Source of the DNA: Octopus vulgaris | Lineage: Eukaryota | Assembly (NCBI GenBank): GCA_951406725.2 | Contig: OX597814.1 | Span: forward strand, 160,828,001 to 160,892,000 | DNA length: 64,000 nucleotides | Direction: 5' to 3' | Shown here: positions 10,891 through 24,833 of the stretch, in pieces | Numbering within the stretch: position 1 is the stretch's first letter | Layout of the letters: every line of letters starts with the position of its first letter | Translations under genes and position numbers: made by a program | Notes under the pieces: generated by a model | What the model was told of the DNA's origin: nothing | The model's database searches: none | What the model saw: only the letters and a program-made list of their open reading frames with translations

Positions 10891-13163
10891 AATAATAAAA
10901 CAATAAAAGAATACTATTTTAGCTAGTCTTGACCAATTCCTTATCACAACATTCTTGAAAAGTTTGCAATAATCCCATCCTAGCTCATAGGTATTATAAT
11001 CTCTGGTAACAGTTGAATATCATGCTTATGAATCTTTTTATTTATTTATAACCACAGAGAAAGGTGTTTAAGATTTGTAAACATCATGTCTCCTCAAAAG
11101 TTTGTCATTCCTTTTCAAATGTTGCATGCCACACACAAGTTTAGAATAAATAACACAGGTTGCTGTAAGTAGTGTGAAGACAAGAACTGATCTAGAAGAG
11201 CTAAAAAAGAGACCTACTTCTGGTAAATATAGATACCTGTCTATGCGAGTTTAGTTAATAGTACTATTGCTTGTTTGATAAGAAATATAGTGGAAGTTAT
11301 TAAAACACTTCAGCGCAGATATTAGAAACTGGGTATGTAGACATACAATGAATCGTAATAAAGCAGATGTAAAGCATTTGAGTTAAACCTTTCTTGTACA
11401 TACAATAGTTCACACGTCTATGGTTTAACTATAATGATTATAATACAAGAGATTATGAAATGACAAACTACAGCCAATAGTTAATAAGATCAATCAAATT
11501 ATTATCCTCAGTTTTGCTGTCTCATTTAGATTACAACTCCAGCAATAACTGCTTTGATCAACTTAACACAAACCGTATTGATACATTTCATAAAGATGAA
11601 GAGCATATTTTGTTAGCTTTTTTTTTTTTGATTTTTGTAAAAGTAATCAATGCATTCAATATTATTGAATTTCCAAACAGAATAGCTTCATTTTGAGAAC
11701 TAGGTACAAACTTTGTAAGAAAGCTATTGTCTTAAGGAAGGAAACATTAGGTAAACCTGGAAAAAGAAAAATGTACAGTGAACATCATTCTTTTTTTAAT
11801 TAGGAGAGGAGGAAGAAGAGCAACACATGTTTTTTTTTTAGGGTTTCCATTATAAGTAGGAGAAAGAGAAGTTACATTGGGATCAAAGAAGAGACTCTGC
11901 TAAACACACCCAATATCCTGGTGGTGGTGTTAGTCTGAATAAACTGAATAAGTCTACCACTCAAGAGACACTATCTGATAGGTTCCCATATTTTCCAGCT
12001 ACCTAATTGTACTCCCAAGGCTTATGGCAAAATGCTGCATAGCAGGATTGAACCTAGCACCATGAGATTTCAAAGCAAGCTTCTTAACCACACAGTTATG
12101 CTTTCTTTCATAAGCCAATCCACATTGAGCTGCCACTAAGCAACTGTAACAACAGCAGCAACAAAATGATTTCAAGAACATAGAAAAGAAAAAAATTACT
12201 GGTATCGAAAATTTCAAAGTCTATTTAATCCATAAAACTGATATTGACAATTTATGAACACAAATCATTCAACTGAGCGACTGAGTCAGCTTTGACATTC
12301 AGTGAGGCAATTCTGAAAGTCAACTCTACAGTATATTCAGTGAATTACATTAAGCAACAACAGCCAATATATATATAATTTGATTACAATGACAGCATTG
12401 CAACCATAACAACCTCAATAATTATATGAAGCATCCTGTTAGCAGTAGGAAGAAGTAGTAATATGCTCACATTTAACCTTTCCTTCATATGGGTCGTACT
12501 GGTTCAATCAATTTTACATTCTTGATAAAGTCATTGAATTATAAATTAATCAAGAAAGCCGTTCTACATATTAATTTTTATCTCCAAATATATAAAAGTT
12601 TATTTATTCAAAGCTTCTCTTTCTCAGTTGACAGGTTACATATATTCCTTTATTATTGAACTTGTCTCAGATACAGAAGTACAGCAATGCTAGGGACACA
12701 GTTTGTAAGGATTTTAGTCAACTAAATTGACCTCAGACACTTATTCTATAAGTCTCTCTTATGGTGAACAGTTAAGTTGTACATAAACAAATACATCCTA
12801 GTTGCCAAGCAATGAGAAAAACACAGCCATACACAAAATACCCGTTCACACGGAAACATATAAATATATATATAAATATTTATATATATATATATATACG
12901 CACACACACATACATACACACACGCATATAAAATCAACATAATCGTTATTATTTAACACTCGTTTTCCATGCTGGTGTAGGTAGGACAGCTTGACATGAG
13001 CCGGCAAGCCAGAGGGCTGTTGCAGTCACTAGTTGTCTGTTCTAGCATGGCTTCAACAAATGGATGCCCTTCCTAATGCCAACCATTTGAGTATATTGAG
13101 TGCTTATTATATGGTGTCAGCATGAGTGATTTTTACATGACAACGCCACATAAAATATATATA

Positions 13164-13533
13164 CAGGGTGTGATAGGTAAATTGTCGCTATTTTATATTT
13201 TTAATTTCATGCAAGCACATTGTTTTTGATGTCTATTACACAATATAGTAGGGTCAGTTGGACACCATCTGTGGAAAAAAAGGCACTAAACTGAAGGCAA
13301 AGATTATGGCAACATTCACCAGCTTAAACAAGGAGACCATCCAGAAGAATTGCAAGAGATTCCAAAGTCGTCTGGAGGCTGTAGTTGAAGCCATTGGCAA
13401 GTTTATTGAATAAATTTACTCTTTAGTATTTCAAGATATTTTTATGTAATTTTGGTAAATATATCTTTCACAATGAGATGTCAGTGTTATTTTCATTTTT
13501 GCATCATTTAGACAGTTTATTCACTGCACCCTG
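13164..13533 (+). mobile_element. Internally deleted Tc1/mariner (maT/DD37D-like) DNA transposon
   Basis: TA|CAGGGTG...CACCCTG|TA; 13291-13413 encodes the transposase C-terminus LKAKIMATFTSLNKETIQKNCKRFQSRLEAVVEAIGKFIE*. Confidence 0.88.
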
Positions 13534-13660
13534 TATGTATGTAGTTTAGTTCATTGATGATCCAAATGAATAGGTACACTGCATAAGTGCTATAATTGGT
13601 TATCTGTTCGGTTCCAAGTTCACAGCTGAAGCAAGGAATCCGTAGTAGGCTTCCAAGTTA

Positions 13661-13820
13661 GCAGATATATAGGAAAGGAAAATGGACAACAAATCCAAAG
13701 CAGGACGAGTATTCTACTTCTGCATTTTTTGATTCACCTTCTCTAATTAAATATTCTAAATGACCTGAGATACTTGTCCTGCCTTGGTTTTGTTGTCCAT
13801 TTTCCTTTAATATATATGCA
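13661..13820. repeat. Inverted repeat with ~50-bp arms
   Basis: AAAGGAAAATGGACAACAAATCCAAAGCAGGACGAGTAT pairs with ATACTTGTCCTGCCTTGGTTTTGTTGTCCATTTTCCTTT. Confidence 0.88.
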
Positions 13821-14839
13821 GCAGGCTTCTGCACTGTTTCCAGCTATCAAAATCACTGACAAGGCAGTGGTCATCCTACGGTTAAGGTAGAAGATACTAG
13901 CCCCAAGTGTAGTAGGAATGAACCTGAAATCAGTTGCTAAGGGAACTTCTTTAACCATACAGCCATGTGTGTGTGTGCAAATGTATTCAGACATTGAAAA
14001 AAAAAGTATTGATGCATCATAATTGTAATATTGCATGCATATGCATGCATATGCATGTATGTGCATGCACATGAATAAGCATGTGCACACCCACTTAAAG
14101 AAAAAAACCTACAAATAAAAATCTTATCTTAAGAAAAGAAAATGATTCCATTAGCAATCAAAATGGCATGATTGGAATATTTTTCTTTTGAAATATATCT
14201 ATCAAATATATTTAAAAATTAATAAAAAATAAAAAGAAACATAAACTAGAAACTTTGTTTGTTTTTTTCTTTGTTCTTTTTCTGACAATATGAAATACCA
14301 GAGCAAATAAGAACTGTTAACACCAAAATTGGCATCTGTTTCCTCGTTATATACAGAAAAACATTGACAAGAGTCTTTATATTTACATTAACGAAAGCAA
14401 AGCATTTTGCACAACTGAACTATAGGTTAATCTTTGTGTTTGTTTTCATGTGCATGAGTAGCACTGCATAATCCTAGTCACTGGGAGAGACGGGGGAGAG
14501 GAGGAGGAGCAGAAGAGAAGGAGGGGAGGGGCAACGTATGATGTGATGTTCTGTGAACTCTAATAACATAAGTCACTGACGCAACAAATCAACTCATGTA
14601 ATCATCTGTACTGAATTCAAAGAACAAAATGCGTTGTGAATGCTTCAGATTATAGCAATATAATAATAACAACTATAAGGATAACCACTGCAATAAATAA
14701 TGGTAATAAAATAAGAACAAGAATAATGACGCTAACAACAAGAGCGATAACATGAACAACAACACAAAACAAGAATGTGATTCCTAACAATGCACAAAAC
14801 CAGAAATTGGAGGAGAGATGGAGAAAAAGCAATGTAGTC

Positions 14840-15476
14840 AGCTGGATTAATCCCAGTACATGCTTCACTGATACTATATTTTATCAACCCTTAAAAAGAT
14901 GAAAAGCAAAATCGACTTCAACAGAATCTGAACCCAGACCATAGAGCCAATATTCAATTAACACAGGGCATTTTTCTGGGCACTCTACTAGCCCTGCCAC
15001 ATGCACAGTACAATAGCAATAATTCTTTCTACTATCAATACAGTCTAAAATTTTGGTGGAAAAGGTTAGTTGATTCCATTGACCCCAGTGCTTTTATTGG
15101 TACTTATTTTATTGAGCCCAAAAGGATGAAAGGCAACGTCAACTTAGGTGGAATTTGAACTCAGAACAAAGCCAGAAGAAACACCACTCAGCTTTTGTCC
15201 TGTACAGTAACGATTCAGCCAGCTCGCCATCTTGGTTATAATAATAACACTGAAAATTGTTTCTAACCTGCATGAGGCCATGAATTTTGAGGGGAGAAAT
15301 ATTAATTGATCAAATCAACCCTAGTCCTAGACTAGTGCTTTATTTTCTTGAACCAGGATTCAAAATCAGAATGTAAAGAAGAGAAGAAATATTGTAAGGC
15401 TTTTGATCCAATGCTATAACAAATCTAAAATAAAGATTTCTTGTATTTTATGTTTATCGTTAATAATAATAATAGC

Positions 15477-15516
<40 letters not shown>

Positions 15517-16600
15517 ATTCCCTGTGATCACAATATAGTGGCGAAAGAATTTGACAAGATTAGTAAATATAAAGACCTGCTAATGGAATTTGAAAAAATG
15601 TGGCATCTCAAGGCGACTACAGTACCAGTGATTGTAGGATTTCTAGGAATGATAAAAAAAGGCACTGAAACCTATTTGAAAATGATTCCAGGCTTACCAT
15701 CCCTACAGGAAGTGCAAAAAATCGTATTAACTGGAACGGCTCATGTACTACGAGCACTATCGCTGTGAAAATAACATCCATCCATGAATTTATTTATTTA
15801 TTAATTTTTAAATATATATGTTATCTGTGAATTTGCACATGTAATCTGGGAATGCATACAATGCCCTTCTCTGCCCTAGGTGTATGGAAAACACTCGGTG
15901 AGAAACGGAAGAAAATTTGAAGAAAGAAGGAAAAAACATAATAATAATAATAATAATCCTTTCTACTAAAACACACAAGGCCTGAAATTAAGTGGGGGTG
16001 GGGGCTAGTCGATACATCAACCCCAGCAACATCTGAACACGAAGACAGGCAAAAAGCTGCTTAGCATTTTGTTCAGCACACTAATGATTCAGCCATCTTG
16101 CCACCTTAATAATGATGATAATAACGATGATGGTGATACTACTACTAATCATAATAGTTTCAAATGTTGGTAGAGCCAGCAATTTTAGAAGGGGTAAGTT
16201 GATATCATTGACCTCAGTGCTCAAATGGTACTTATTTCATCAACCCCAAAAGGATAAAAGGCAAAGTCAACCTCAGCAGAATTTGAACTCAGAATGTAAA
16301 GATAGGCAAAATGCCACAATGCATTTTGTCAGGCAAGCTAACGATTCTGTCAGCTTGCTGCCATAAGAATAAAAGTAATAATCCTTTCTACTATAGGCAT
16401 GGCATAAGGCCTGAAAATTTGGGGGAGAATGCTAGTTGATTACATTGTCACCGGTACACAGGTAGGACTTATTTTATCAACCCTGAGAGGATGAAAGACA
16501 ACATCAACCTCAGCAGAATCTGAACTCAGAACATGAAGACAGACAAAATGCCATTAAGCATTTTGACCAGCATGCAAAAAATTCTGCCAGCTTGTCACAA
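14840..16600 (-). mobile_element. Head-to-tail array of ~6 Meta-domain-type tRNA SINEs separated by (AAT)n
   Basis: The same core (TACTTATTTTATCAACCC..GGATGAAAGGCAA..TCAACCTCAGCAGAAT) recurs in one orientation at about 14880, 15100, 15340, 16020, 16230 and 16470. Confidence 0.85.
15511..15937 (+). mobile_element. 5'-truncated R4/Dong-clade non-LTR retrotransposon (C-terminal restriction-like endonuclease region plus 3' UTR)
   Basis: 15511-15768 encodes SIPCDHNIVAKEFDKISKYKDL..EKMWHLK..VPVIVGFLG..VQKIVLTGTAHVLR, typical of the R4/Dong RLE C-terminus; (TAA)n lies on both sides. Confidence 0.85.
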
Positions 16601-18119
16601 TAATAACAATAATAATTAAAAATAATAATAAATCATAAAAGAAATCTTGAGCAGAAGGCAAGGATGAATTATATGGGTTCTGGCTTCTACGCAGTAAATA
16701 AACATAAAAACAATTTATAACTAAAGAGCAAAAATTTTCTCAATTATGATTCATTAAGTAGTCCGGGTAGCCAAGAACATCACTCTATAATCAAGATCAC
16801 CCACCCGGTCCTCCCCGAGAACAATATAGTATAAAGGAAAAAGGAAGAAAAAAATGAATCCACAATTTTGACAAAAGGTAATTATAACTTTAATTTTTTT
16901 CTGCTACCTTTAGAAAATATCTTTCAGTGCAAACCATCTTTTCCCAGCGCCAACTTGATATGCCTCAGTGGTTAACACTGATACAGAAGCCATTAGTTCA
17001 AGCCTTTGCAATGTATGTTTAAATTTTCCTTAGTTTTGTTCTCTCCAAGATAACCTAGTTATAAAATAACTATCACTCTGAATCAATAAAACAGCCTTGA
17101 AGTAGTCGCCAGACCTGCTAGAAATAGCAACCAAAACAACCTCATAATTCCCTACACTCTTAAAAAAAAAAATAGAACACAGGACAGTATTTGAACAAGA
17201 TAGAGTTAAATGTACAAGCCAATGGAACAAACAGGGGTAGCACACCTTTGATCATAAGTCAACTCCATGACAGCTAACCTGGGTTAAACAACACTATATT
17301 ACTAAATAATATGAGAAGGCACACAGCTTAGTGGTTAGGGCATTGGATTCGTGGTCGTAAGATTGTAGTTTCAATTCCTGGACCAGGCAATGTGTTCCAT
17401 TCTGGAGCAAAACACTTCATTTCACATTGCTCCAGTTCACTCAGCTGGTAAAAATGAGTAATCCTGTGACAGATCATGGATGCATCCCATCCAGGAAGGA
17501 ATATATATAAACACCAGAGAAACCAGGCAACTTCTACTATAGTTCAAGGCAGACCAATGCCTTGTGAGGGAATCTGGTAGGCAGAAACTGCAGGGAGACC
17601 AACATGGGTGTGTGTATGTGTGTATGTGTGCATGAATGTATGTGAATGCTGCTATTCCACATACATCACTGGTTGGGCAATGCAGTGGTGTGGTTAACAT
17701 TCCTTGTTGATATTTTGTTTCAAAGACATCTAGAATTTTTTAAAACTCCCTTATCTGAAAGCAACTAAGGGCTGACAACAAGAAGTTGCAAAATTCTGCC
17801 TCCAATAATTCCCAATTCAAACCTTTGCTGGCACGGGGAAATGGACATCAAATGAAGGAACAAATAGACAACCTTTTATTCTTCAACTACAGAAATTTAA
17901 ATTACTACAAGATCAAACTTGAAACACATCCTAATTATTTAATTGAACCTACTTCAACTATTCTACACTCGATGTCACTCACATATTCAGTGGTGTGAAA
18001 GGCCAGATCTGACCAGTCTGAAGATAAAACAGGTAAAATATTTTGGCCGGATATGGCCAGTTTAAATACTAAAGGGTTAATTAGTGTAACTTCTTTAAGT
18101 TTAAATCTATCTATTTATT

Positions 18120-18713
18120 TATAGATGTATAGATAGATACACACACACATATATATATATACACATACATAAATATATATATACATGCATACATACACAC
18201 ATTATATATATATATATATATAAAATATTTATACATACATGCATACACATACATACATAGTGTATTCTAAAATGTGGTGTGCTTCACTGTTGATTTACAA
18301 TGATCTGATGTAATTGATCCCCTCTTTTCTTACATACAAAGATATATAATCACATGCATCAACATACATACATACACACGCACAGATATAGGTAAACAAA
18401 TATTATATAAGTCTACTCTGAGGAGTGGTTGGTTTTAGGAAGGGCATCAGCCGTAAAATCCCTGCCAAAACACGATAGCCTAAGGTAGTTTTTCTACCTG
18501 GCCAGCTCCTGTCAACTGTCCTACCCATGCATGTGTGGAAGATGGACATTAAAAGATGATGACACACACATGCAGACACATGTACATACATATGTATATA
18601 CACACATACATACATATATATATATACACACACACATACGCACACACACGTGTACATATGTATACACACACACACATACATATGTATACATACATGTATA
18701 CATGTACATATAT

Positions 18714-18752
<39 letters not shown>

Positions 18753-18955
18753 TACACATGTATTATGCACATATATGCACACACACACACACACATGTAT
18801 ACATACACACATACATATACAGATATGTATACACACATATGCAAACATGTATACACACATATACACACATGTATACACGTGTATTTATGTGTGCATGTGT
18901 ATGCATATGTGTGCACACGTGTACACACACATGCATATATAAGTACACACACACT
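18120..18955. repeat. Compound (CA)/(TA)/(TACA) microsatellite field
   Basis: Alternating purine-pyrimidine low-complexity tract; source of the overlapping H/T/Y/C/V-rich ORFs. Confidence 0.95.
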
Positions 18956-19174
18956 ATGTCAAAGGAACACAGGCCTACATTCAGAGACAAAATCTCTGAC
19001 AGTGAATTATAAAATCCAAAAGCATAAAGAAAATAATTAATGCAATGAAACATTTCTCAATTACGATAAACTTGAGTTTTGAAAAATTTATAGAGAAATA
19101 AATTTCCACAAATGAAGTAGTACAAAAATAAAATATGCTATGGTCCACCTACAAAATGAGTATGAAAAATATTA

Positions 19175-19556
19175 TCTCTCTCTATATAAACGGCAGTTTG
19201 TCTGTGCGTTTTCTGTGTGTCTGTTTTCTCGTACCCTCACTCTGACCACGGCTTTCAACCGATTCTGATGAAACTTGACACACACATAGCCCAATGTCAT
19301 AATTCAAAACTAACGCAGCGAAAATTTTGAAAAGTTCCCCCAGTTCTGAAAAAGATCGATAAATTCGACATGGGGTCGAGAATCTGAAACCCAAACCACA
19401 GACCGTCTAGGGGACGCAACTCCACCTTTTTATCCCTCAAAAAAATTTACCATCATTTTTTTTCCATTTTTTTGCTATTTTTTGGCTATAACTCTCTAAA
19501 AATGCTTTATAGTTATTTCCCTTACAAACCTGAGCAACGCCGGGCGATACTGCTAG
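19175..19556 (+). mobile_element. Non-autonomous Helitron, apparently young
   Basis: A|TC start, subterminal GC hairpin CCTGAGCAACGCCGGG, CTAG|T end, no TSD, CpGs retained. Confidence 0.88.
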
Positions 19557-22500
19557 TTTATGATAAATACAAGAAAGCACTTCATGTATAAAGGATACTT
19601 AGAAAACTCCTTGAAAAGAGTGAAAAATATTCCAGGGTACTGATTTATAAAATATCTTATATTACTAGTGGTGAGCTGGCAGAATTGTTAGCGCATCAGG
19701 CAAAATGCTTAGTAGCATTTCATCCATCTTATGTTCTAAGTTCAAATTCTGCTACGGTTGACTTTGTCTTTCATCCTTTCAGGGTCCATAATCTAAGTAC
19801 CAGTTGAACACTAGGGTCGATATAATCAGCTTACCCCTTCCCCAACATTGCTGGCTTTGTGCCAAAATTCAAAATCATTATTATCTCAGCTTTTATTTCA
19901 CTGTACTAAATAGGTTCAAAAAATAAAATATTTCACATATCAATATTCTGGAATAAATATTTATTAGTTTATTCTCATTGAATTTCCTGAAAACCATTCA
20001 CACACACAGAGTTATCTTGTGAAAATATATATTATCATGTATGTGTGTGTGTGTCACAGATGTATGTTTGTAACTTTACTTAGTTTTCCCTATAATGGTT
20101 TCTTTCAACAAGCCTAATGTTTCAATAGGAAAGGGTGTAGTCAATTGGATCAACTTTGGCATATATGATACTGATACTTGTGACCCAAGAGGTATGAAAA
20201 TGGTACTGGTCCCACCCTATAAACAAAATACTCTGGAATTCATAAAGTTTATTTTTCTTTCAATTCTTTTAAGACCATAAAAGATTAATGAATCTACCCT
20301 TACACTAAAAATTGGGAATCAGCTTTAGCCTAAACTCAGATTACTGTTATATAGATCACTTTGTTATCTCAATATTGTTACAGAAGACAACAGTAGAATG
20401 GTAGAATCATTAGAAATATTGTATATAATACCTTATAGTGTCTAGTTACATCCCTTTTGCATTCTGATGTTAAATCCTGCTGGTGTTGACTTTGCTTTCC
20501 ATTCTTCTGAGGATTTAGGGGGCTAATATAATGAATTATACCCTCTCTACAGAAATGTGTGATTTTGTTTCTAAGTTAGAAATCCTTGTTGCTGAAAAAG
20601 ACATTTTCCTTTCATCAGAGCTGAACTTTAAAAGCTGCTGGCTTAACACAGTTACTGAACATGACAGTGAAATTAAAATACCAACATAGTATTATAAAAT
20701 ATAAGTTTCATATTCTGTGTTACATAATTACTGTTATACACTGTCATAGTCTCTAAAGGAATACTAAAAACTTGTTGCATGATAAAATATCAGTCTTTTT
20801 CTTTTCTTTCCTGCTTGCTTTAATATGTATATCATTGATTTACACATAAAAGTACAAAGGCTGCAAGCAATATATATATATACACACATACATACATTTT
20901 TGAAGCAGAGGCCTCACTCTTTTACTACTCCAAGTAGAGACAGAGTGAAGTCTTAACTTCAAATAAATGAATAAACTCCAGGACATGTATTGATTGAATT
21001 TTTTTTTTCTTGTTTGTAAATCCAAATACACAGAAGCACACACAGCTGTGAACACCTATACAAAATCGAATTAAAAACACACCACATCTTGTACCAAGTA
21101 AAGCATTCATGCATAAAAGAGCTGCTTCAATTATGTACATAGTATTTAGAAATAAAATAAACATCTTCCTTTTCTAATGTACAACAGTAAAGTACCACAC
21201 CCTATTTTCTGCATTGTATATGCTGCCACATTTTTCAAAGACTGGTCTAAACCATGCAACTACATAAGATTGAAGGAATATGCAATATCTGATTGCAACA
21301 ACTGTATGTGTTAACTAGGGCAACAAGCCCATACCTAACAGTTTCATACAGCTGGCTTTATTTACTAACTGTACCTATTTGTTAGTGGAAAAGAGTACAA
21401 TACACACATTAGACATCACACACTTTTAATCTGAACATAAAGCCAGTGAGGGAGCCTCTGTATAGTCACTCAACCTGCTAGAAACAGCAGCCAAATCTCC
21501 CTACCATCTCAGAAAGAAAGAGAACATTGAATAACGTAAGTCAATATAAACTATGGCTGAGATAGAAAAAATGAGTTGTGTTGGTCATTGTTGGAATGCT
21601 TCTGATCGTAAGTTTGCTTGATCAGGGGCTCAAGTCACATTATCTGCAATACAACAGAAATAAACCTTATGCTCAAATCACCACAAAATATCCACAAAGT
21701 TCACAGGAATCTGAGTAAGCATATCGAAATGGATTCTTTCTTTTTCTGTCTTCCTATTTTTTTCTCTACTAATAAAAGAAAAAAAGGCAACAAATCAAAA
21801 CAGTTCTGTGTTTGAACACTGGGGATATACACAACTACATGAAGATGAAAAGTGGATTGTAACAATCGAACAACAATGCTGTTACTCCAACAAAAGAGTA
21901 AGAAAGATAACGCTATTGAAGTAAAAGACTGTGGAACAAAACAGAAGAAAACAAGCTGGAAGAAGAATAGCAAGAGAGGATATAGGCAGACCAACATTTT
22001 CTGTAGAAGAAATTATGAGATTGTATAAAGTAATGCATGTATTAAGAGAGGGAGGGAAGTAAAGAGAAAAAAAATATTCATCTGAGCAGCAATTTCCTAG
22101 GATGAATTTTGGTGAACAACCATTTGATATTAAAAATAAAAGGAGAGAAATTCTTCTTCAAGAAACAATATATTTAATAGAAAATACATAGAAACAACAA
22201 CAGCATAAGCACCACAGGACTTTCAACCTCTTAATATCAATTCCATTCAACAATCCTTTGAAGAGTTCCAATGAAAGTTGTTGAGAAAGAATAGTGTAGT
22301 AATAAACCTGAATGTGCCAACAGTAGCAAAAACAGCAGAGTAATTCCACATATGTGACTACTGGAATATTGGAGATTTTTTTTACCATATAATAGAGAGT
22401 TCGACTATTCTCATCACCAAGACAAAAAAGTAATGCAACAGACCCATATCTTTACAGAAATATCACAAAAAGTAATGCAAACAGCAGATTGTTATCTGGA

Positions 22501-24028
22501 AGCCTAGATGACCGAATATTGGAACAATAAGATCTTTTATCTCTGTCTTTTACTTGTTTCAATTATTGAACTGCGACCATGCTGGGGCACCACCTTGAAG
22601 TGTTTTATCTATCAACTAGACCAACAGCAGTTCTTAATTTTTAAATCTGGAACTTATTCTATCAGTCTCTCTTAATGAACCACTAAATTATAGACATAAA
22701 CAAACCAACATTGGTCAAGTGGTTGGGGAGGACAAACACACAAACACATACATCTCTTTAGCAGCACACCTGTTTCTGTCCTCATTCTGGCTATCTCTCT
22801 CTCTTTCACTATTTCTTTCTTTCTCTCTCTCTCTGGTTGAGTAACCATGTACACCCTCTACAGCAAGACACCTGTTTCTGTCTCTGTCACACTCTAATTT
22901 TCCATCATCTGACACAAGATCACCTCTGCCTATTCCCCCTCTCCACTCAAAGATTCCTTGTCTTGAGAGTTACTTGGTGACTCTGTTCGTGCAGGTGCCA
23001 CTTAAAAAGCACCTAGTCCACACTGTAAAGTGATTGGTATTTGGAAGGGCATCCAGCTGTAATAATCATACCAAAACTGACCTCGCTTGTGTTGGTGACA
23101 TGTGGGGTGGTAAGTGTCAGGAGAGACATCCAGCCATAAAAACATAGCCAAAACAGACACAGAAGTCTGATGCAGTCTTCTGCCTGGCCAGCTCCTGTCA
23201 AACCATCCAACCCATGCCAGCATGGAAGGCAGACATTAAACGATTATGATGATGATGATGACAATGATGACAAATATAAGATGGTCTTCCATACAGCTTT
23301 TGTCCACCAAATCACTCACAAGGCATTGGCCGGTCTGGGTCTCCAGCAGAAGACACTCACCTAAGGTATTGCACAATAGTACTAAACCCAAAACCACATG
23401 GTTGCAAAGCAAGTTTCCTAGCAAAATAGCCATGCATGCACCTATTAAAAAAAAAATAAAACATCTGGCTCTCTCAACATACAATCATAATTGAAATTTC
23501 AAAGGACATGAAATACGTCACTGTTATTATTTAACCTAGATCAAGCAGACCTATAATCAAACATGTACCACATGTGACCACAATTTATGTCAAGGATTAC
23601 ATTATTTCCTTTTTTTCAAGCTAGTAGGCTGTGACTGAGGAAAACCCTGTAGTACAATCAGTAATATGGCTGCCTGAAAGAAGTAGTGCATTCAGAGAAT
23701 TTGCAGCGCATCAGACAAGATGGTTTGTGGTATTTGGTTACATCCCTTCATGTCCTGAGTTCAAATACAACTCATGTCAACTATACCTTTCCTCTTTCCA
23801 AGGTCAATGAAATAAATACCTGAGGTTCAAATAATTGACCCTTAATGGTTGTACCTTTCCTAGGTATAGCCCAATAATGAAAATCAGCGGGGGAAAAAAA
23901 TGCTGTCTGGATAAACACAAACAGTAAAATATTTCACTTTGTTAAACCTTGGTGCATTGAATGCCAACTTTTTCCTCCTGAAATTCATCAAACACATTTT
24001 GTAGGCGCTAAGATGGATCTGTAATTAA

Positions 24029-24550
24029 CCCTTTTGTTGCCATATTTCTATTGAAATACATTGCTTTTGTTTCAATTAATTCAAGAAATAACAGAGAATT
24101 TAGTAAAATAACTTTGTCGTTATTTTGCTTGAGGTTTGAAACATAAATTGAAATGAAATTTTGTTCAAGATTTTAATTCAGATCACTTTAAAATGAATTT
24201 TGTATCATAGAAGCAGGAGCGATTTCAGGCAGGTTGGAATCAAAAGGATAAACTAAAGAATGGAATTGTTCTTCAATACAATCAGACTCATTCAAAATAA
24301 TGCATTTAACTCTTTCATGACCACATTTTAAATGCTATAAACTGCCCATGTTTCAATTAATCCTTTATTTAATCAAGGATTTGCAAAAATTTAACAAACT
24401 ATTTTCTCCATTATTAAACTACTGTTCACAAAATGTTCATACATAAAGTCACGAGGGAAATGCTTAAACTTAAATATAATCTGTTTAAAACAAATAGTTT
24501 TTGTATCATAGAACCAATAGTGATCTCAAGTGGATTGTTATCAAAAAGGA
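24029..24550. mobile_element. Two tandem decayed TTAA/CCC-type (piggyBac-like) MITEs
   Basis: TTAA|CCCTTTTG...CAAAAGGA (24029-24248) and the related TTAA|CTCTTT...CAAAAAGGA (24310-24550) share internal TTTGTATCATAGAA. Confidence 0.6.
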
Positions 24551-24833
24551 TTTTAACAAAGTTTCCTCTATTTCTTCATCAGGTTTGAAACTAAGTGTCA
24601 CAGAATGGTTCAGTTTAGTTAATACAACCACTAAAACATTCACAGTTTGTAGGTTATAGGAAGTTGAGTTGATACTGGAATTCATCTATATGAAAATGGA
24701 GGAAGTTGCTACTTCTTTGTTATAGACAGAAGCAAAACAAAAACGATTTAGTAAACCAGGAAGTGTCTTTTAGTTACAGATATAGATAGACTATGTAATG
24801 CTGTTCAGCTCTAAGCTTTAGCTCAACTTTGAT

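Noticed and set aside
11230-11340. Possible GIY-YIG relic (YCLFDKKYSGS)
   Set aside because: Too short and degenerate to support without a profile search.
17260-17272. 13-nt match to the miR-281 5' end (also partial miR-315-like at ~8685 and miR-277-like at ~24297)
   Set aside because: The matches are partial, do not extend over the mature length, and lie in repeats or lack the expected precursor placement.
18403-19053. Overlapping 96-169-aa ORFs rich in H/T/Y/C/V/I (also 12746, 26225, 41882-42709, 46409-46919, 53088-53613)
   Set aside because: They are translations of dinucleotide microsatellites, open in many frames on both strands.
21701-21997. 98-aa hydrophobic ORF directly after a possible acceptor
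   Set aside because: The hydrophobicity follows from T-rich composition, and there is no recognisable domain.
21997-22005. METTL16-type nonamer UACAGAAAA overlapping a possible minus-strand 3' splice site, as in invertebrate SAM-synthetase regulation
   Set aside because: There is no convincing enclosing stem and no SAM-synthetase coding sequence, and the same 9-mer occurs elsewhere (14352, 57381), so it is chance-level in AT-rich DNA.
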